Assembly (NCBI GenBank): GCA_963704115.1
Contig: CAVPGY010000001.1
Span: 459,062-523,061, forward strand
DNA: 64,000 nucleotides
Direction of reading: 5' to 3'
Source of the DNA: an uncultured Chloroflexia bacterium
Lineage (GTDB): Bacteria > Chloroflexota > Limnocylindria > QHBO01
Below the pieces are notes generated by a model. The model did not search any database, was not told the DNA's origin, and saw only the letters and a program-made list of their open reading frames with translations. Position numbers and translations under genes: made by a program. Positions within the stretch are counted from its first letter, which is position 1. Each line of letters begins with the position of its first letter. This document shows, in pieces, positions 58,063-64,000 of the stretch.

Positions 58063-59680
58063 GGCCCGAGCGGTCGGTCGCCGGCGGGCTGGGCGCGCTT
58101 CGACCCGCGCAGCCCGGGCGCATCTTCCAGCGGCTGAACATCCGGCTCGTCATGGCGCTCGCGGTCGTCGCGCTCGTCGGCCTGTCGGTGTCGGGCGTGG
58201 CGATCAGCCAGATCCTGCCCGGCTACTTCCGCGAGCAGACGCTGGAGCGGATGGCCAGACCGCCACCGCCTCGACCGCGCATCCTCCTCCAGCAGTACGT
58301 CGCCAATGCCCCGGAGAACTGGGCGGTTGCGCCCGAGATCCGCGACACGCAGATCGTCCCGCGCGTGGCGCGGACGCGTCCGCGACTTCTTCAACGCGAC
58401 GGTCACGATCGTCAATCCGTCGGGCCGCGAGGTCGCCCGGCGAGACCCCGCCCGATGCCGAGGAGCTCGAGGCACAGGGACTGCGTCGCGATACCGAGGT
58501 GGAGGCGTTCGGGCTGCGCGGTCCTCATCGACCTCGGATGCCGGACTCGGTGGCCCGATACGAGGTGATCCTCAGCGATCCGTACACGACGCGAGCGGAG
58601 ACGCTGACCCAGATCCAGTCCGCGCTCATCGGGGCCGGGCTGCTGGCGCTCGGGCGTGTCCCTCGTTCACCGGGATCATCGCCGCCCGACGCATCACCCG
58701 TGCCGATCGCCCGCCTGCGTCGCGTCGCCGGCCGCGTCGCGCAGGGCCAGCTCGACGAGCGTGCCGTTCCGTCCGGCGTGCTCGAGATCGACGAGCTCGG
58801 CCAGCAGTTCAACGTGATGGCCGACCGGCTGTCGGGCACCCTCCGCATGCTGGAGGCCGATCGCGACCGGCTGCGCGAGTTCGTCGCCGACGTCAGCCAC
58901 GAGCTGCGGACGCCGATCGCCGCGCTGCGGATGTACACCGAGCTCCAGTCCGCGAGGAGGACGTCGACGAGGCGACGCGCGCCGAGTTCCTCGAGCGTTC
59001 GACCCAGCAGATCGGTCGGCTCGAGTGGCTGAGCACGAACCTGCTCGACCTGTCGCGCATCGACGCCGGCATCTTCCCGCTCGACATGCGCGAGCGGCGA
59101 CCTCCGCGACCCGGTCCAGGCCACGGTCCAGGCGCTCTCGGAGGTGGCGGTGACGCGCGGCGTCTCGCTCGACAGCGAGGTGCCCGGCGAGCCGGTCGAG
59201 CTGCGCTTCGACCGCGAGCGCATCGTCCAGCTGCTGACGAACCTGGTCGGGAACGCCCTGAAGTTCACGCCGCGCGGCGGCGGCGGTGTCGGTCAGCGTC
59301 AGCGAGGCCCGCCGAGCAGGTGACGATCGAGGTGAGCGACACCGGCCCGGGCATCCCGGCCGACGAGCTGCCGCACGTCTTCGAGCGCTTCTATCGTGGA
59401 ACGAACACCGGCGAGGCACGGGCGTCGGGGAGCGGGCTCGGGCTGGCCATCGTGCGCTCGATCGTCGAGATGCACGGCGGCGAGATCGAGGTCGCCAGCG
59501 TGATCGGCGAGGGGACCGAGTTCCGTATCACCCTTCCCCGGCTCCACGAGGCGCGAGGATGCGGGTCGGGCCAAGGTCAACGAAACTTCACCTGCCGCTC
59601 ACCCGCTGCACCAACCCGCTTCCGTAGGCTCTGCCTGCCCGCCCGGCGAGGCACCCGCAGCAAAGGCACCACACCGATGA
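58043..59680 (+). CDS. sensor histidine kinase (HAMP + HisKA + HATPase_c), many frame breaks, ends uncertain
   Basis: TM segment NIRLVMALAVVALVGLSVSGVAI. HAMP-like IARLRRVAGRVAQGQLDERA. H-box EFVADVSHELRTPIAAL. N/G boxes LLTNLVGNALKFTP, VSDTGPGIP, GSGLGLAIVRSIVEMHGG. Removing one C from the C4 run near 59540 ends it at a TGA overlapping the htrA ATG (ATGA at 59677-59680). Confidence 0.7.
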
Positions 59681-60985
59681 CCACCGATCCGAATCGACCC
59701 AGCGACCGAGACGCGACCGAGCCGGTCGAGGTCCAGCACTACGGCCCGGCCTCCCAGGGTCCCGCCACCGGACGCGACCACCAGCGCGACGCGTGGGGCC
59801 AGGCGGCCCCGGCCTGGTCGAGCCGTCCCCCGTCGCCCCAGCCGGTCGCGCAGCGCCGACGGCTCCGGCGGCACCGGCGATCGTCGCCATCGCCGTCGTC
59901 GCCGGCATCGTCTCCGGGACCCTCTCCGCGGTCGGCGGTCACGAACCTCGTGGACGAGCCACCGTCGTCCACCGGCGTCGTCACCGAGTCACCGGCGAGG
60001 CCGAGCCGGTCAGCGAGGTGCGCATCAACGAGTCGAGCGCCGTCATCGAGGCGGTCGCCGGGTGGCACCGGCGGTCGTGCTCATCAACACCCGACAGGCG
60101 AGCGTCTGCTCGGCGGGGCCGAGGGAACCGGTTCCGGCGTCATCTTCGATCCCGCAGGCTGGATCCTCACCAACCGGCACGTGGTCGAGGACGCGGACAC
60201 GCTGACCGTCGCGCTGAGCGATGGCCGCACGTTCAACGGCGAGGTCTATGGCATCGACACCTTCACTGACCTCGCGATCATCAAGATCGACGGCACCGAT
60301 CTGCCGAGCGCCCCGATCGGCAGCTCGCGCGACCTGGAGCCGGGCCAGCTCGCGATCGCCATCGGCAACCCGCTCGGCTACGAGAACACCGTCACGACCG
60401 GGATCGTGTCCGGGCTGGGGCGGATGATCAACGCCAGCGACGCGAACCAGTCGAGCGCCCCCGAGACCCTGCGCAACCTCATCCAGACCGATGCCGCCAT
60501 CAACCCGGGCAACTCGGGCGGGCCGCTCGTCAACAGCGCAGGGCAGGTCATCGGGATCAACACCGCGGTCAGCACCACCGCCCAGGGGCTCGGCTTCGCC
60601 ATCCCGATCGACATCGCGAAGCCGATCATGGGCCAGGCGTTGGCCGGTGAGCCGATCGCCCGCCCGATGATCGGCATTCGCTACCTCCCGATCACCCCGG
60701 CGCTCGCCGACGAGCAGGATCTGCCGGTCGATTTCGGGGCGCTCGTCGGCTCGACGGGCGACCAGCCGTCGATCATCCCGGGGAGCCCGGCCGCTGCGGC
60801 CGGCCTCCAGGACGGCGACATCATCGTCGTCGGTCGACGGGCAGCAGATCACGGCGGAGCAGGACCTCTCCACGCTCATCGTGAACTACGCTCCCGGCGA
60901 CACGGTCACGCTGCGGGTCCTGCGCGACAACACGGCCCGCGAGGTCGAGATCACGCTCGCCGAGCTGCCGCGGACCTCGAACTAG
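59677..60985 (+). CDS. htrA: HtrA/DegP-family serine protease with PDZ domain (several frame breaks)
   Basis: MTTDPNRPSDRD..., TM segment AIVAIAVVAGIVSG, GSGVIFDPAGWILTNRHVV (His), DLAIIKI (Asp), TDAAINPGNSGGPLV (Ser), PDZ GSPAAAAGLQDGDII. C-terminus ...TVTLRVLRDNTAREVEITLAELP ends at TAG 60983-60985. Confidence 0.75.
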
Positions 60986-61371
60986 CCCGCGTCGGGGCCC
61001 CGCCGACGGAGGATGGACGCCTCGACGGTGTCGAACGACCCGTCGATCGGCGCCTCCGGCTTGCGGACGCGCACCTCGACCGCGTCGACGACCTCCGACG
61101 GCGTGGCGGCCAGGACGGCGCGCGCGATCGAGCCGGCCAGCCCCTCGATGAGGTCGTGCGACGTGCCCTCGACGATCGCGCGCACGAGGTCGAAGAGCGC
61201 CGCGTAGTCGACCGTGGCCGCGAGGTCGTCGCGCTCGGCGGCCTCGGTCAGGTCGGCATGGAGGACCAGGTCGACCTCGAACGGCTGCGCGTCCACCTTC
61301 TCGGTGGGCAGGACGCCGTGGCGGCCGAGGAACCGCATGCCGAGCAGGCTCAGGCGATCGGGCGCCGTCAT
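60982..61371 (-). CDS. folB: dihydroneopterin aldolase
   Basis: MTAPDRLSLLGMRFLGRHGVLPTEKVDAQPFEVDLVLHADL...TVDYAALFDLV. The ATG at 61371 overlaps the folP stop (ATGA). Confidence 0.8.
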   Translation of the reverse strand: MTAPDRLSLLGMRFLGRHGVLPTEKVDAQPFEVDLVLHADLTEAAERDDLAATVDYAALFDLVRAIVEGTSHDLIEGLAGSIARAVLAATPSEVVDAVEVRVRKPEAPIDGSFDTVEASILRRRGPDAG

Positions 61372-62221
61372 CGTCGCATCATCGCATCGGCGACGGTACG
61401 GACGCGGGCCATCGTGCGCGACGTCGTGCACCCGCACGATGTCCGCGCCGGCCGCGATCGCGAGGGCCACGGTCGCGGCGGTGCCCTCGACCCGGTCGTC
61501 GGGCGGCGTCCCGCCCAACAGCTCGCCGAGGAAGCGCTTCCGGCTCGTCCCGACGAGCATCGGCAGCCCGCCAACGGCCGCCTTGAGCTCCGCGAGCCGA
61601 TGGAGAAGCTCGAGGTTCTCGGCCGACCCCTTCCCGAAGCCGATCCCCGGATCGACGACGAGGCGATCACGGGGCACCCCACGCTGCTCGGCGGCCGCGA
61701 TCGCCTCCCGGAGCCAGGCCGCCACGCCGGCGAACACGCCGTCGGGGTAGTCGATGCCGCTCCTGGTTGTGCATGAGGACGAGGTGCGCGCCGGCGGCGG
61801 CCGCCGCCTCGGCGGTGGCCGGGTCGCGGCGGGCGGCCCACACGTCGTTCACCATCGTCGCGCCGGCCGCGAGCGCGGCGCGTGCCACCGCTCCTTTGCT
61901 CGTGTCGATGCTCACGATCACCCGATCGCCGAGCTCCGCGGCCAGCGCCCGCACGACCGGCACGGCGAGGGCGGACTCGGTGTCGGCGTCCACGTCGGGA
62001 TGATCCCCGTAGGCGTTGCGCGGGCGGCTCGACTCCGCCCCCACGTCGAGCAGCTCGGCCCCGGCGTCGACGAAGGCACGCCCCTGCGCGAGTGCCGCTG
62101 CCACGACGGCCGCGTCGTCGCGGTCCGGCGTGACGAGGCCGTCGCCGGAGAACGAGTCCGGCGTGACGTTGATGATGCCCATCACGTACGTGCGCGCGCC
62201 CCATCGCAGCTCGACCGGCAT
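61368..62221 (-). CDS. folP: dihydropteroate synthase (frame breaks)
   Basis: MPVELRWGARTYVMGIINVTPDSFSGDG...DVGAESSRP...VIVSIDT...MVNDV. Then VVDPGIGFGKG...LVGTSRKRFLG...ADIVRVHDV. Frame switches near 61750 and 61400. The ATG at 62221 overlaps the folC stop. Confidence 0.8.
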
Positions 62222-63541
62222 CAGGCCTCCTCGTCCATGCCGTTGATCATGCCCCGAACCGCGCCGACGAGATAGAGCGAGCCGGCAACCACCACCGGAT
62301 CGCCGTCGGCGACGGTGAGCGCCGCTCCCAGGTCCGGGGCCGTCGCCGCGCGACCTCCGATGGATGCCCATGTCGCGATGAGCTCGTCGGGTCGGCAGGG
62401 CACCCGGGTCGTCGACCCGGGTGAAGACGAAGCGCGGCTCGAGTGGGGCGAGTGCCGTCAGCACGCCGCGCACGTCCTTGCCGCGCATGGCGCCGAACAC
62501 GATCGTCGGACGGTGCAGCCCGAGGTCGACCAGGGCACGCGCCAGCGCCGCGGCGCCGGCGGGGTTGTGGGCTCCGTCCAGCAGCACCCGCCCGAGGCCG
62601 AGCGCCGACCCGTCAAGGAGCTCCAGCCGGCCCGGCCAGCGGACCTCGGCAAGTCCACGCCGCAGGGTTGCCTCCGGGATCGTGAGCCCGAACCGCTCGT
62701 CGAGGGCCTCGAGCAGTGCGATCGCGACGGCGGCATTATCGGCCTGGTGCGCTCCCAGCAGCCCGATGCGCAGACCCGTGAGCCGCCGTCCCGGGGTCCA
62801 GGCGTCGACGACGATGCCGTCCCAGCCGCCCTCGACCAGCCGGGCGCGGTACGGCTGCGCGCGACCGGCGCGGCGCAGCGGGACCCCGACTTCCTTGCAC
62901 CGGTCGAGGATCGGACGGATGCCGCGTCCGTACGCGCCGGTGACCGCAAGGTTGCCCGGCTTGATGATCGCCGCCTTCTCGCGGCCGATCGCCGTCAGCG
63001 TGCTCCCGAGGTGCGCCTGGTGATCGAGCTGGACGTTTGTGATGGCCGCAACGCCGAGGTCGAGCACGTTCGTCGCATCCAGCCGGCCGCCCATGCCGAC
63101 CTCGACGATCGCCAGGTCGATGCCCCGTCGGGCAAGCTCGCCGATGGCGGCGGCGGTGAGCGCCTCGAACTCGGTCGGCGGTCCGACCTCCGCCGCGACG
63201 CGGTCGATCGCCGGCAGCACGCGCTCGACGGCCGCCGCGAAATCGGCTGCGGGGATCGGCGCACCGTCCACCGCGATCCGCTCCCGGTAGCCGACCAGGT
63301 GAGGCTTCGGCATCGTGCCGATCCGATGGCCGGCCGCGGTGAGGACGGACTGGACCATGGCGACCACCGACCCCTTGCCGTTCGTGCCGCCGACCAGCGC
63401 GCCCCGCAGGCCGGCTTCCGGGTGGCCCGCCTCGACCATGAGCCGCTCGACGCGCTGAAGGCCCATCGAGATGCCGAAGCGCCCGCGCTCCGTCAGCGCG
63501 GCGACGGCCCGCGGGTAGGTGAGCCGATCGGGATCGGTCAC
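62221..63541 (-). CDS. folC: bifunctional folylpolyglutamate synthase / dihydrofolate synthase (one frame break)
   Basis: VGGTNGKGSVVAM...EVGMGGRLDATNV...TNVQLDHQAHLG...LDGAHNPAGA. The C-terminus is in ORF 62221..62403 (...VVVAGSLYLVGAVRG). Confidence 0.85.
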
Positions 63542-63545
63542 GAGG

Positions 63546-64000
63546 TCAGTCCGCGCCGTCCTCGTAGAACACGCAGTCGGTGAACTGGCCGGTCAGGCAC
63601 AGGTCGTTGGTGTAGCCGGAGTCGAGGTGGACGCCGCCGCGCAGCTCGCATCGGGCCACCGTGCCCTCCTGCTTGGTCAGTGTCCGCATGAGCTGCGGCG
63701 CCTGGATCGGGATGCGGCCCTTCGAGCCGTGGGTCAGGTAGAAGTGCGGACAGTGGTGGCGGCGCGGCTTCGTGTAGCCGAGCGGCATGCCGCGGCGACC
63801 GACATGGACAGTCAGCGGTTCGGCGGTGCCGGCGAAGCGCTTCTCGGCGATGACGCAGCGCCCGGGCTCGCACTCCTTGTCGTTGTGACAGCAGGCGCGC
63901 GCGGGGCCGATCCCGTCGACGGCCCACAGCTCCCAGCAGGGCCGGCGGAGGATGAAGGCCGGGCAGCGATAGCGGATGGTCAGGTCGCAGTTCTCGACCT
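63546..64000 (-). CDS. Cys-rich hypothetical protein, 5' end beyond the window
   Basis: The frame of ORF 63546..63788 stays open to the window edge. Sequence: ...NCDLTIRYRCPAFILRRPCWELW...ACCHNDKECEPGRC...HHCPHFYLTHG...ARCELRGG...DLCLTGQFTDCVFYEDGAD. At least 12 Cys; family not recognised. Confidence 0.45.
   Translation of the reverse strand, partial: VENCDLTIRYRCPAFILRRPCWELWAVDGIGPARACCHNDKECEPGRCVIAEKRFAGTAEPLTVHVGRRGMPLGYTKPRRHHCPHFYLTHGSKGRIPIQAPQLMRTLTKQEGTVARCELRGGVHLDSGYTNDLCLTGQFTDCVFYEDGAD

Noticed and set aside
58306-61776. A 1156-aa ORF suggesting a giant histidine kinase-HtrA fusion protein.
   Set aside because: It is a concatenation of one kinase frame, part of htrA, and the antisense strand of folB/folP. 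A one-base correction in a C4 run near 59540 gives the kinase a TGA overlapping the htrA ATG. The htrA C-terminus and its stop (60983-60985) lie in another frame.

Overview
High-GC (about 70%) bacterial chromosomal window, probably a deep-branching Actinomycetota or Chloroflexota-like lineage; I cannot place it more precisely without a search. Gene content is mostly housekeeping.

**Main blocks**
- **80-18481, minus strand:** a respiratory complex I (nuo) locus followed by otsA.
- **18.6-26.3 kb, minus strand:** DinB-like protein, darA, tmk, an R3H/AAA ATPase, a GNAT protein, and pdxT/pdxS.
- **26.5-37.5 kb, mostly plus strand:** an ascorbate-type PTS EIIA/B/C operon, an HNH protein, cca, a DeoC-like protein, galE, a Fur-family regulator with a metal ABC importer, a DEAD-box helicase, and a ligase-like protein.
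- **37.5-42.1 kb:** a compatible-solute cluster (glycosyltransferase, tandem USP domains fused to GpgS, glycerate kinase).
- **42.1-48.2 kb:** nth, an ABC-2 exporter with a GbsR/MarR regulator, tRNA-Thr(CGT), and an alpha-hydroxy-acid oxidase.
- **48.3-57.3 kb:** a two-domain glycosyltransferase, three paralogous ATP-grasp ligases, an SDR, rplY and an S41 lipoprotein peptidase.
- **57.3-64 kb:** a two-component system with htrA, then folB, folP, folC and a partial Cys-rich ORF.

**Most unusual observation**
The architecture of the nuo locus is non-canonical. nuoI appears split in two. Its N-terminal half is fused in frame to NuoE. Its C-terminal half forms the tail of a NuoG-like protein in which a GltD-type FAD/NAD(P)H domain replaces the molybdopterin-like domain. 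The nuoE/F/G-like cassette therefore sits between the two nuoI halves, not between nuoD and nuoH.

**Other points**
- An opposite-strand sigma/anti-sigma-like insert separates the second nuoI half from nuoJ.
- NuoL carries a His/Asp-rich insertion.
- Two intergenic clusters contain an 18-20 bp palindromic repeat.
- Two pseudoenzyme-like proteins lack catalytic lysines: the DeoC-like and the ligase-like protein.

**Caveat on sequence quality**
Several dozen single-base frame breaks interrupt conserved genes, mostly in short G/C runs (CCCG/CGGG). They are clustered in blocks at 1.5-26.3, 37.5-41 and 56-63 kb. I read them as sequencing or assembly indels, not pseudogenes. Coordinates of frame-broken genes are therefore reconstructed spans, and several starts and stops are uncertain. 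Many long ORFs in the six-frame track are antisense or out-of-frame GC artefacts. All family assignments come from motif recognition by eye; no searches were run.
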